Assembly (NCBI GenBank): GCA_032128115.1
Contig: JAQBHB010000016.1
Location: 1-18,975 of the forward strand
DNA length: 18,975 nt
Source of the DNA: Deltaproteobacteria bacterium
GTDB lineage: Bacteria > Myxococcota_A > UBA9160 > SMWR01
Direction: 5' to 3'
Positions within the stretch are counted from its first letter, which is position 1, and the number at the start of each line of letters is the position of its first letter. A program made the position numbers and the translations under genes. The notes under the pieces were generated by a model. The model did not search any database. It was given only the letters and a program-made list of their open reading frames with translations, and was not told the DNA's origin. Positions 10,594-18,975 of the stretch are shown in pieces.

Positions 10594-11012
10594 GAGATCT
10601 CCGGACTGGATCCCACCACGTCGACCCAGAGGTCGGCGTCCTGGCGCAGGCGCACTCGATCCAACAGGCCTGCGGGGAGCGCGTGCACCAACAGCCGGTG
10701 GATGCAACGGGCCAGGTTCTCCGGCGTCGGCGGCCTCTTCTCGAAGTACGGGGTGTCCGCATTGAGATCCCGGTGGTCGAAGCGGGCCATGATCTCCCGG
10801 TCCAGGATCGTCTGGAGGTCCTTCAGATCCAGGAGCATCCCGGTGACCGGATCCGGCTCGCCACGCAGGGTCACTTCCAGCCGGTAGTTGTGGCCGTGCT
10901 GACGGGCTCGGGCACCGAACAGGGCCCGGTTTTCGTCTTCCGACAGGTCGGGCTGGCAGTAGCGCAACGATGCAGAGAACTCGATCGCCCGGGTGATTCG
11001 GACCAACGCCAC
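10590..11012 (-). CDS. Second PTPS/QueD-fold paralog with degenerate Zn/catalytic site
   Basis: FSASLRY...LFGARARQHGHNYRLEVTLRGEPDPVTGMLLDL...FDHRDLN...PTPENLA...RLRQDADLWV; GGGAG RBS before the GTG. Confidence 0.87.
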   Translation of the reverse strand: MALVRITRAIEFSASLRYCQPDLSEDENRALFGARARQHGHNYRLEVTLRGEPDPVTGMLLDLKDLQTILDREIMARFDHRDLNADTPYFEKRPPTPENLARCIHRLLVHALPAGLLDRVRLRQDADLWVDVVGSSPEIS

Positions 11013-11070
11013 AACTCCCTGAAATTGAACGTAAACTAGGCGCCAGGGTAGCTGGCGGCGGCGGCGGAGG

Positions 11071-11673
11071 CTAGTAGCGCCGGAGCAGACCCCGGACCAC
11101 GCCCTGAATCGCCACGTCGCCGGCGGGCACGTCGATCGGACTCATGCTGGAATTCGCGGGCTCGAGGCGCACCGTCTTTCCCCGGCGATAGAACTTCTTG
11201 AGCGTGGTTTCGCTGCCTCGCACCAGGGCCACCACGGTCTCGCCGTCCCGGGCCTCGGGGCGGCTCTCCACCACCACGAAGTCGCCATCGCAGATCTGGT
11301 CCTCGATCATGGAGTCGCCCCGGACCTGGAGGACGAAGCTCTGGCCCCGGTTCGGGACCAGGCTGCGGGGCACGTCGATGGTCTCGGCCACCTCCAGGGA
11401 CTCGATGGGGACGCCGGCGGCCACCACGCCCAACAGGGGCAGCGAGGCCAGGCTCGAGCTGGGGGGCTCCAGGGGCTCCACGGATCGCGATCGATTCCAG
11501 GATTTGCGCAGGAAGCGCTTCTCCACCAGGTGCTGCACGTGCTTGTGGACCGTGGCCACCGAGGAGAGCTGGAAATGGACCCCGATCTCCTCCAGGCTCG
11601 GCGAGTAGCCCTTCTCAGCCACGAACTCCCGGATGAAGTCGTAGACCTCGCGCTGCCGTCTCGTGAGAGCCAT
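11071..11673 (-). CDS. lexA: SOS repressor LexA
   Basis: 200 aa; wHTH MALTRRQREVYDFI...GYSPSLEEI...SVATVHKHV; Ala-Gly cleavage site VAAG; catalytic Ser (GDSM) and Lys (TLKK); AAGGAG RBS. Confidence 0.96.
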   Translation of the reverse strand: MALTRRQREVYDFIREFVAEKGYSPSLEEIGVHFQLSSVATVHKHVQHLVEKRFLRKSWNRSRSVEPLEPPSSSLASLPLLGVVAAGVPIESLEVAETIDVPRSLVPNRGQSFVLQVRGDSMIEDQICDGDFVVVESRPEARDGETVVALVRGSETTLKKFYRRGKTVRLEPANSSMSPIDVPAGDVAIQGVVRGLLRRY

Positions 11674-11687
11674 GGCCGATCTCTCCT

Positions 11688-11727
11688 TTGTGGAAGGTTG
11701 TGGAAGGTCGTGAACCTTCGTGAAGGC
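11688..11727. repeat. Four imperfect 10-bp tandem units in the lexA leader
   Basis: TTGTGGAAGG, TTGTGGAAGG, TCGTGAACCT, TCGTGAAGGC; contains inverted repeats GAAGGT-N5-ACCTTC and CCTTC-GT-GAAGG. Confidence 0.6.
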
Positions 11728-11740
11728 TCGCGGGGCGCGA

Positions 11741-11759
11741 ATTCGCCCTTTATTCGCCC
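11741..11759. promoter_or_regulatory. Candidate LexA operator (direct repeat ATTCGCCC-N3-ATTCGCCC, i.e. ATTC-N7-ATTC)
   Basis: 11-bp-period direct repeat next to the putative lexA -10; same geometry as the GTTC-N7-GTTC SOS box. Confidence 0.5.
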
Positions 11760-11787
11760 AAAATGACGAAATCGAGGCGAAAGTCAA
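11760..11787 (-). promoter_or_regulatory. Putative lexA promoter
   Basis: Minus strand TTGACT-N16-CATTTT; the -10 is weak. Confidence 0.35.
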
Positions 11788-11826
11788 GGGCGGGGGCCCC
11801 GCCAGCGCGGCCCAGGCCATACCCGC

Positions 11827-11855
11827 TTGACCTGGGTCGGGTGGGTGCATACATT
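11827..11855 (+). promoter_or_regulatory. sigma70-type promoter of groES-groEL
   Basis: TTGACC-N17-TACATT, 10 nt upstream of the CIRCE element. Confidence 0.75.
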
Positions 11856-11865
11856 GCGCCGGTGA

Positions 11866-11892
11866 TTGGCACTCGGGTGTTCCGACTGCCAA
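11866..11892 (+). promoter_or_regulatory. CIRCE element (HrcA operator)
   Basis: TTGGCACTC-GGGTGTTCC-GACTGCCAA versus consensus TTAGCACTC-N9-GAGTGCTAA, upstream of groES. Confidence 0.88.
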
Positions 11893-12004
11893 AACACCGA
11901 CGGAGCCGGGAAGTGGGCCGTGAAGGCCTGCTGGACGGCACCCCGCCGAATTCAGAAACCAGGACCTACCCGCGCCGCACGGCGCGGCGTTTCGGAGGCA
12001 TCTC

Positions 12005-13956
<1,952 letters not shown>

Positions 13957-13985
13957 GGCCCAGCCACCAGAATTCCGGAAATGCG

Positions 13986-14016
13986 AAGGCCCCGGGCATC
14001 TGCCCCGGGGCCTTTC
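13986..14016. terminator. Intrinsic terminator-like hairpin between convergent groEL and histone genes
   Basis: Perfect 11-bp stem AAGGCCCCGGG/CCCGGGGCCTT with 7-nt loop; only short T runs on either strand. Confidence 0.7.
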
Positions 14017-14050
14017 GTCATCGGGGAGCCCGGTCGGGCTGCTCGGGCTC

Positions 14051-14266
14051 CTAGCTGGACAGACGGCTGCGCGCCGCCTCGATATCGCTGTCCATCACCG
14101 TCTTGCGTTTATTCTGCTCGGCCGAAGCCTGCGCCTCGCGGGCCAGCCGCGCGATGTAGTCCTCGGTAGCCGCCACCGCCTGGGTCAGCGCCGACCCAGA
14201 CACCCGCAGCCCGCCGCCGTGCTTGGTCAGAAGACGCTTCACCACCGCATTCGGAAGATCTGACAT
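14051..14266 (-). CDS. Histone-fold protein resembling archaeal HMf/CBFD_NFYB_HMF family
   Basis: 71 aa MSDLPNAVVKRLLTKHGGGLRVSGSALTQAVAATEDYIARLAREAQASAEQNKRKTVMDSDIEAARSRLSS with LPxAxxxR, RVS and RKT-x4-D motifs; GGAGGG RBS 5 nt before ATG 14266. Confidence 0.9.
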   Translation of the reverse strand: MSDLPNAVVKRLLTKHGGGLRVSGSALTQAVAATEDYIARLAREAQASAEQNKRKTVMDSDIEAARSRLSS

Positions 14267-14311
14267 ATCCACCCTCCATCAATTCCGGATCACCGCGAGT
14301 CCGGAGATGCG

Positions 14312-14341
14312 ATGCTAGGAGCGCTCAGGATGCCCTGTCAA
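14312..14341 (-). promoter_or_regulatory. Putative sigma70-type promoter of the histone gene
   Basis: Minus strand TTGACA (consensus -35)-N18-TAGCAT, 45 nt upstream of the ATG. Confidence 0.6.
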
Positions 14342-14344
14342 CGC

Positions 14345-14388
14345 GTCAGGTGCCTTCCCTTCGGGAGTCAGGTGTCTTCCCTTGGGGA
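14345..14388. repeat. 22-bp tandem direct repeat (2 copies, 20/22 identical)
   Basis: GTCAGGTGCCTTCCCTTCGGGA (14345-14366) followed directly by GTCAGGTGTCTTCCCTTGGGGA (14367-14388). Confidence 0.8.
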
Positions 14389-14440
14389 ATCTGGAATCCC
14401 GCGGGGTAACCGGCGGGGTCGACGGGGAATGGGGAAACCT

Positions 14441-15211
14441 CTACAGGTACTGACCCAGGAACTCCGCCGTGGCCCGGGCCAGGGCCTCCCCATCGTAATC
14501 CACGGGAACCACGTGCCCAGACGCATCCAGGACGAGTAGCTCGCGTTTCTCGGAGCCCACCCGATCGCGAATCTCGTGGGCATCCCGGGGGTTGGCCGTC
14601 CGATCCAGGGCCCCGTGGGCCACCAGGATCGGGCACCGCACCCGACCCAGACGAGCGCGGACCCGACGCTGGAGCCGCACCAGCTCGTGCACGCTGTGCA
14701 GCGGCATCACGTCGTAGCTCGGGTGGCGCGCGCGAGCCGCACGGTCGCGCACATCCGAGCCCTCTCGCTTCACGAGGAACGGATGGAAGTGCTTCGCCAA
14801 CGGCACCAGCCAGCGAACCGGACGCGGCAGGGAGAGAGGGGTGCCCACCACCACCACCGCATCCACGCGCCCCTCGGCGGCCATCATCAGCGACAGCAGC
14901 CCCCCCATGGAGAGCCCCACGGCAAAGACCCGGGTGTGATCGGCGCGGAGCGCCGCAAGGTGCGCGCGCGCCGCCTCGACCCATTGGTTCTGGGTCGAGC
15001 GGGCCAGATCTTCCGGGGTCTGGTTGTGGCCCGGCAAGGCCGGCCCCAGGGCACGCAGCCCGCGGGCGGCCAGCGCCTCGCCGAGCGGGCGCACTTCGTA
15101 GGGCGTGCCCGTCAGGCCGTGCAGGCACAGAGCGGCGGCCCCGTTGGCCGACCCACCCGCCAGGTCGAAGGCGGCCGGGTCGGCGCGCTCCCCCGTCTCA
15201 GAGGAGCTCAC
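14441..15211 (-). CDS. Alpha/beta-hydrolase carboxylesterase (Est30/monoacylglycerol lipase-like)
   Basis: CLHGLTGTP oxyanion motif, GLSMGG nucleophile elbow, HGALDRTA (Asp), SGHVV (His); GTG start overlaps the larC end by 14 nt. Confidence 0.88.
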   Translation of the reverse strand: MSSSETGERADPAAFDLAGGSANGAAALCLHGLTGTPYEVRPLGEALAARGLRALGPALPGHNQTPEDLARSTQNQWVEAARAHLAALRADHTRVFAVGLSMGGLLSLMMAAEGRVDAVVVVGTPLSLPRPVRWLVPLAKHFHPFLVKREGSDVRDRAARARHPSYDVMPLHSVHELVRLQRRVRARLGRVRCPILVAHGALDRTANPRDAHEIRDRVGSEKRELLVLDASGHVVPVDYDGEALARATAEFLGQYL

Positions 15212-16508
15212 GGCCCGCTTCCTCGGCCGCCCGCACCACCTCGCGCAGGGGCGCCTGGTGCTTTCGCGCCGCGCGTTTGCAGTCGTCGTACTCGGCGCTC
15301 ACCGATGCCCGCCCGTTGCCGTCCCGCACGAGCTTCACACCGATGCGCCCGAAGGCCGTTGCCACCACGCGGGAGGTCCGCTCCAGGATGAGACGGTCCG
15401 TCTCCTGGACGCGCACGCCCAGGGCTGTGGACTCGGCGAACAGGATACCGGCCAGTGCCATCCGGTCGGCGGGCCGTCCCAACACGCGAACCAGGATGCC
15501 GGGCCGGTTCTTCTTCATCTGCAGGGGCTGCAGCGAGACGTCCAGGGCGCCCACTTCGAAGAGGCGCTCCATCAGGTAGTCGAAGTGCTCAGGCACCAGA
15601 TCGTCCAGGTTGGTCTCGAGACTCACGACCCGGTCCGACCCGATGGCGGCGCCGCGGCCCAACACCGCGCGCAGCACGTTGGGCATGGGCCCGTCGCGGT
15701 CGTCGCCGGCTCCGTGGCCCACGGCCTCCACGATCATGGCAGGCAACGGGCGGAACGACTTCACCAGCGTGCGCAGGATGGCGGCACCCGTCGGGGTGAC
15801 GGTTTCCCACGCCACGTGGGCCGGGACGCTGGGGATTCCCACGAGGAGTTCGAGGGTGGCGGGCGCCGGAAGAGGCAAGCGTCCGTGCTGGGTCTCGACA
15901 CTGCCGTGTCCCAGGGCCACCGGCGACGCAGTCACCTCCGTGATGCCCAGGCGCGCCACGCCGATGGCGGCGCCGGTGATGTCGACGATGGCGTCCACGG
16001 CGCCCACCTCGTGAAAATGCACGCGCTCGAGCGGCAGGTCATGGACCCGCGCCTCGGCGCGCCCAAGGGCTTCGAAGATCTCCAGAGCCATGGTGCGCAC
16101 CGATGGATCCAGGCGGGCGGCGCGCAGCAGGCGCCGGATCTCCGCGTAGGTTCGTCCGTGGGAGTGGCCCTTTCCGTGGCCCTTGGGCTTCGGCACGCGC
16201 ACTTCCAGGTAGCGGGCAGCCAGGGCGCCGCGGCGCACCCGCGAGATCCGCAGGGAGTGATCGAGCCCGAGCCCAGCCAGGTCGGCCTCGAGTTCCTTGC
16301 GCTTCAGGCCCACGTCGATCAATGCAGCGAGAAACATGTTCCCTGCGATGCCCGAGAAACAGTCCAGGTGAAGCAGGTGTGCGCTCGGCTTCGCCTCGCT
16401 GCGCGCCGCTTGTTTCTGGACTGCGCTCGGCTTCGCCTCGCTGCGCGCCGCTCGCCGCGGCTTGCTGGAGTGCGGTTTGCTAGAGCCGGTTGATGAGCGT
16501 CGCGACAT
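15198..16508 (-). CDS. larC: Nickel-pincer nucleotide cofactor nickel insertase LarC
   Basis: LDCFSGIAGNM, short His patch GHGKGHSHGR, HFHEVGAVDAIVDI, PAPATLELL, VTPTGAAIL, ETNLDD, MKKNRPG, EYDDC; one uninterrupted ORF. Start uncertain; ATG 16508 overlaps the larB end. Confidence 0.92.
   Translation of the reverse strand: MSRRSSTGSSKPHSSKPRRAARSEAKPSAVQKQAARSEAKPSAHLLHLDCFSGIAGNMFLAALIDVGLKRKELEADLAGLGLDHSLRISRVRRGALAARYLEVRVPKPKGHGKGHSHGRTYAEIRRLLRAARLDPSVRTMALEIFEALGRAEARVHDLPLERVHFHEVGAVDAIVDITGAAIGVARLGITEVTASPVALGHGSVETQHGRLPLPAPATLELLVGIPSVPAHVAWETVTPTGAAILRTLVKSFRPLPAMIVEAVGHGAGDDRDGPMPNVLRAVLGRGAAIGSDRVVSLETNLDDLVPEHFDYLMERLFEVGALDVSLQPLQMKKNRPGILVRVLGRPADRMALAGILFAESTALGVRVQETDRLILERTSRVVATAFGRIGVKLVRDGNGRASVSAEYDDCKRAARKHQAPLREVVRAAEEAGRELL
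16380..16452. repeat. Two identical 31-bp REP-like units, 42-bp period, in frame within the LarC N-terminus
   Basis: TGCGCTCGGCTTCGCCTCGCTGCGCGCCGCT at 16380-16410 and 16422-16452; encodes AARSEAKPSA twice. Confidence 0.85.
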
Positions 16509-17229
16509 AGGCGGCTCCGAAACCGTTGTCGATGTTGACGACGGTAACATTTGACGAGCAGCTCGTGAGCATGCCCAGCAACGCCGTCACGCCTCCGAAG
16601 GCCGCACCGTAACCGGCACTGGTCGGCACCGCGATCACCGGCTTGTCCACCATGCCGCCCACCACCGAGGGCAGCGCGCCCTCCATGCCCGCCACCACGA
16701 TCAGCACCCGCGCGTTGCGCAGCAGATCGCTCGCGGCCAGCAGGCGGTGGATACCCGCGACCCCCACATCCACCAGGGTCTCCACCTTGTTGCCGAAGCG
16801 CCGGGCTACCTGGGCCGCCTCGCTGGCCACACGGCCGTCGGCGGTGCCGGCAGACACCACCGCGATGGTGCCCTTGCCCACGGTGGCCACCTCTCCCGGC
16901 CCGAACCACAACAGCCGACTCACCGGATCGTAGTCGCCCTCCGCGAACCCGGCCTGCACGCTTGCGGCCACGTCGGCCTCGACCCGGGTCACCAACGCGT
17001 GCTGGCCGGCGTCCAGCAGGACCCGAACCACCGCGGCGATCTCTTCCGAGGTCTTGCCGGGCCCGTAGATCACCTCGGGCAAGCCCTGGCGCAGGGCCCG
17101 GTGGGTGTCGACCCGGGCGCCGGGTACGTCCACGAAGGGCAGGCGTGCCAGGTCGTCGAGGGCCTGCTCCACGTCCACCTGATTGCGCTGGACGGACTCC
17201 AGAAGCTCGCGCAAACGCTCGCGGTTCAT
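16480..17229 (-). CDS. larB: Nickel-pincer cofactor biosynthesis protein LarB (PurE-like NaAD carboxylase/hydrolase)
   Basis: ARVDTHRALRQGLPEVIYGPGKT, SAGTAD, DVGVAGIHRL, VAGMEGALPSVVGG, PTSAGYG, SC...VVNIDNGFGAA. Confidence 0.95.
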   Translation of the reverse strand: MNRERLRELLESVQRNQVDVEQALDDLARLPFVDVPGARVDTHRALRQGLPEVIYGPGKTSEEIAAVVRVLLDAGQHALVTRVEADVAASVQAGFAEGDYDPVSRLLWFGPGEVATVGKGTIAVVSAGTADGRVASEAAQVARRFGNKVETLVDVGVAGIHRLLAASDLLRNARVLIVVAGMEGALPSVVGGMVDKPVIAVPTSAGYGAAFGGVTALLGMLTSCSSNVTVVNIDNGFGAAYVATLINRL

Positions 17230-17262
17230 GTCTGCACGGTATCAGACCCACGCCTGCGGGGT

Positions 17263-17811
17263 CTAAGTCCGGTCGATTGCGAAGACCAGGCGGGCCAGGA
17301 AGGTCTTCTCGCGATCGACGATCTCGCTGGCAAGCCACAGCCCGGTGCCGCCCGATCGGGTGCGGGCCAGCACAACCAGGGCGGCATCCAGATCATCCAG
17401 CACGAGCCTGGGCACCGAAAGAAGGATGCGCTCGCCCAACACGTTCGCGATGGCGGACACGGTCTGGGAGACCACGATGTTTCCCAGTTCGCACAGCGCC
17501 GAGGCAGTGACCTGGGCGCTGCGATTCTCGGCGACCCGGTTGCCAAGCAGGCAGTTCAACACGTGGTCTCGGGCCGCGGGTGCCAGGAACAGACCGATCT
17601 TCCCCGAAACGGGGCCCATCGCCTCGAACAGGATCGCCGCACCGTCGGGCCCGGTTGCCGCCGTCTGACCGCGCCGCTTGAGCTTCGGAGGGTCGGCCAG
17701 CAGCGGACGATCCATCAGGTGCGACAACACGGCGGCGGCGCCCGCGGCGCCCACGTGGGCGAGGCCGCGCAGGCGATCCACTTCGGAGTCGGAGAGGGAC
17801 AAGGCGCTCAC
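17263..17811 (-). CDS. cheC: CheC-family chemotaxis phosphatase
   Basis: Second-site motif SALCELGNIV...AIANVLG...LLSVP; degenerate first site DRLRGLAHVGAAGAAAVLS; GTGA overlap with cheA. Confidence 0.75.
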   Translation of the reverse strand: MSALSLSDSEVDRLRGLAHVGAAGAAAVLSHLMDRPLLADPPKLKRRGQTAATGPDGAAILFEAMGPVSGKIGLFLAPAARDHVLNCLLGNRVAENRSAQVTASALCELGNIVVSQTVSAIANVLGERILLSVPRLVLDDLDAALVVLARTRSGGTGLWLASEIVDREKTFLARLVFAIDRT

Positions 17812-18975
17812 GTCAGCTGGTTCAGGTCGAGCAGGAACACCGGTCGACCGTCTCCCAGGATCGTGAGGCCCGCCAGCATGCGAAGCTCCGCCAGGAGCGC
17901 GGGCAGCGGCTTCACGTAGATCTGCTGGTGACCCACCACGCGACCCACGCGCAGCCCGACCCGCTCATTGCGCACCTCGGTCAACACCAGGGTGCCGCTG
18001 GCGGCATCCGGGTCGGGCGCAAGTCCGATCTGGTCGGCCAGGTCGAGCACGAGCACCGGCTCGCCGTCGATCAGCGCGAACGACTCGCCACCGCTGTGTT
18101 CGATCTCGCCGGCCTCGACCTCGAGGATCCGCTCCACCAGGCGCACGGGGATGGCCAGCGTTTCGCCGCGGGTCGCCACCAACAGCACCCGCTGCACCGC
18201 CGCGGTGATGGGAACCACCAGGGTCGTGGTCGTTCCCTCGCCCGGTTCGGTCTGCAGCTCCACGCTTCCGCCCAGCGATTCGATGGTGGCGCGCACCGCG
18301 TCCATGCCCACGCCCCGTCCGGAGATCTGCGAAATTCGCTCGGCCGTGGACAGGCCCGGGTGGAAGACGAAGCCGGCCACGTCCTGGGGTGTGAGGTCCT
18401 CGGCCAGGTCCGGCACCAACAGACCGCGTTCGATGGCGCGGGCCCGAATCGCCTCCAGGTCCAGTCCGCCACCGTCGTCGCACACGGCAATGCGGACCTG
18501 ATCCTTCACCCGGCGCGCATCGATGGTCACCACCCCGGTCCGGCTCTTGCCGGCGGCCGCGCGTACGTCCGGCATCTCGATCCCGTGATCCACGGCGTTG
18601 CGAACCAGGTGCACCAGGGGGTCGCTGAGGCGGTCGAGGATCGAGCGGTCCAGATCGAGCTCGGCGCCCTGGATCTCCACCTCGACGCGTTTTCCCGCGA
18701 GCTGGGCCACTTCGCGCGCCACCCGCCGCAGGGGCTCCACAATGCGCAGGATCGGTGTGGTGCGAAGCTCCAGGGCGCGGCGCTGCAGCTCGCCCACCAC
18801 CCGGTCCATGCGATCGAGACCGACGGAGAAACCCGCCTTGGGAGCCTTGCGGGCGTTCTCCGCCGAGTTGCGCAGCTGGCTCGAGGTGAGGATCACCTCG
18901 CCGACGGTGCTGAGAAATCGATCGAGGGTCTCGGTGTTGACGCGCACCGACTTCGGGGGCGTCGGGGCGAAAGCA
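17808..18975 (-). CDS. cheA: Chemotaxis histidine kinase CheA (P3-P4-P5 domains; 5' part outside the window)
   Basis: SVRVNTETLD (P3), DPLVHLVRNAVDHGIE (N box), DDGGG (G1), FHPGLSTA..SGRGVGMDAV (F/G2), C-terminal CheW-like domain; frame open to the window edge. Confidence 0.95.
   Translation of the reverse strand, partial: AFAPTPPKSVRVNTETLDRFLSTVGEVILTSSQLRNSAENARKAPKAGFSVGLDRMDRVVGELQRRALELRTTPILRIVEPLRRVAREVAQLAGKRVEVEIQGAELDLDRSILDRLSDPLVHLVRNAVDHGIEMPDVRAAAGKSRTGVVTIDARRVKDQVRIAVCDDGGGLDLEAIRARAIERGLLVPDLAEDLTPQDVAGFVFHPGLSTAERISQISGRGVGMDAVRATIESLGGSVELQTEPGEGTTTTLVVPITAAVQRVLLVATRGETLAIPVRLVERILEVEAGEIEHSGGESFALIDGEPVLVLDLADQIGLAPDPDAASGTLVLTEVRNERVGLRVGRVVGHQQIYVKPLPALLAELRMLAGLTILGDGRPVFLLDLNQLT

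Noticed and set aside
11893..12004. Possible RNA thermometer in the groES leader
   Set aside because: The visible hairpin (CCGCGCCG-CA-CGGCGCGG) does not sequester the GGAGG RBS, and CIRCE already explains heat control.
16380..16452. Possible minimal CRISPR array (31-bp repeats)
   Set aside because: Only two copies, an 11-bp spacer, inside a coding frame, and no cas genes.
15198..16508. Programmed frameshift in larC as in Lactobacillus plantarum
   Set aside because: Both LarC domains are in one continuous frame here.

Overview
GC-rich bacterial chromosomal segment whose gene content and order suggest a Myxococcota/deltaproteobacterial lineage (inference). No mobile element, CRISPR array or RNA gene was recognised. 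In order: a partial DHS-like conserved protein (missing from the ORF track), trxA, a HAD-IB hydrolase, the elongasome operon mreB-mreC-mreD-mrdA-rodA, a divergent PpiD-like chaperone, folE with two tandem 6-pyruvoyl-tetrahydropterin synthase (PTPS/QueD-fold) genes, lexA divergent from a CIRCE-controlled groES-groEL, a 71-aa histone-fold gene, a carboxylesterase, larC-larB, and cheC-cheA (cheA partial). Best leads: (1) a stand-alone archaeal HMf-like histone with a full-length alpha2 helix but a changed tetramer interface, with its own promoter and a 22-bp tandem repeat upstream; (2) two coupled PTPS paralogs with complementary losses of catalytic residues, suggesting an obligate heteromer; (3) a 31-bp REP-like hairpin unit duplicated in frame in the LarC N-terminus; (4) an Acidobacteria-like LexA with a candidate ATTC-N7-ATTC operator. 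All family assignments come from motif recognition by eye; no database searches were run.
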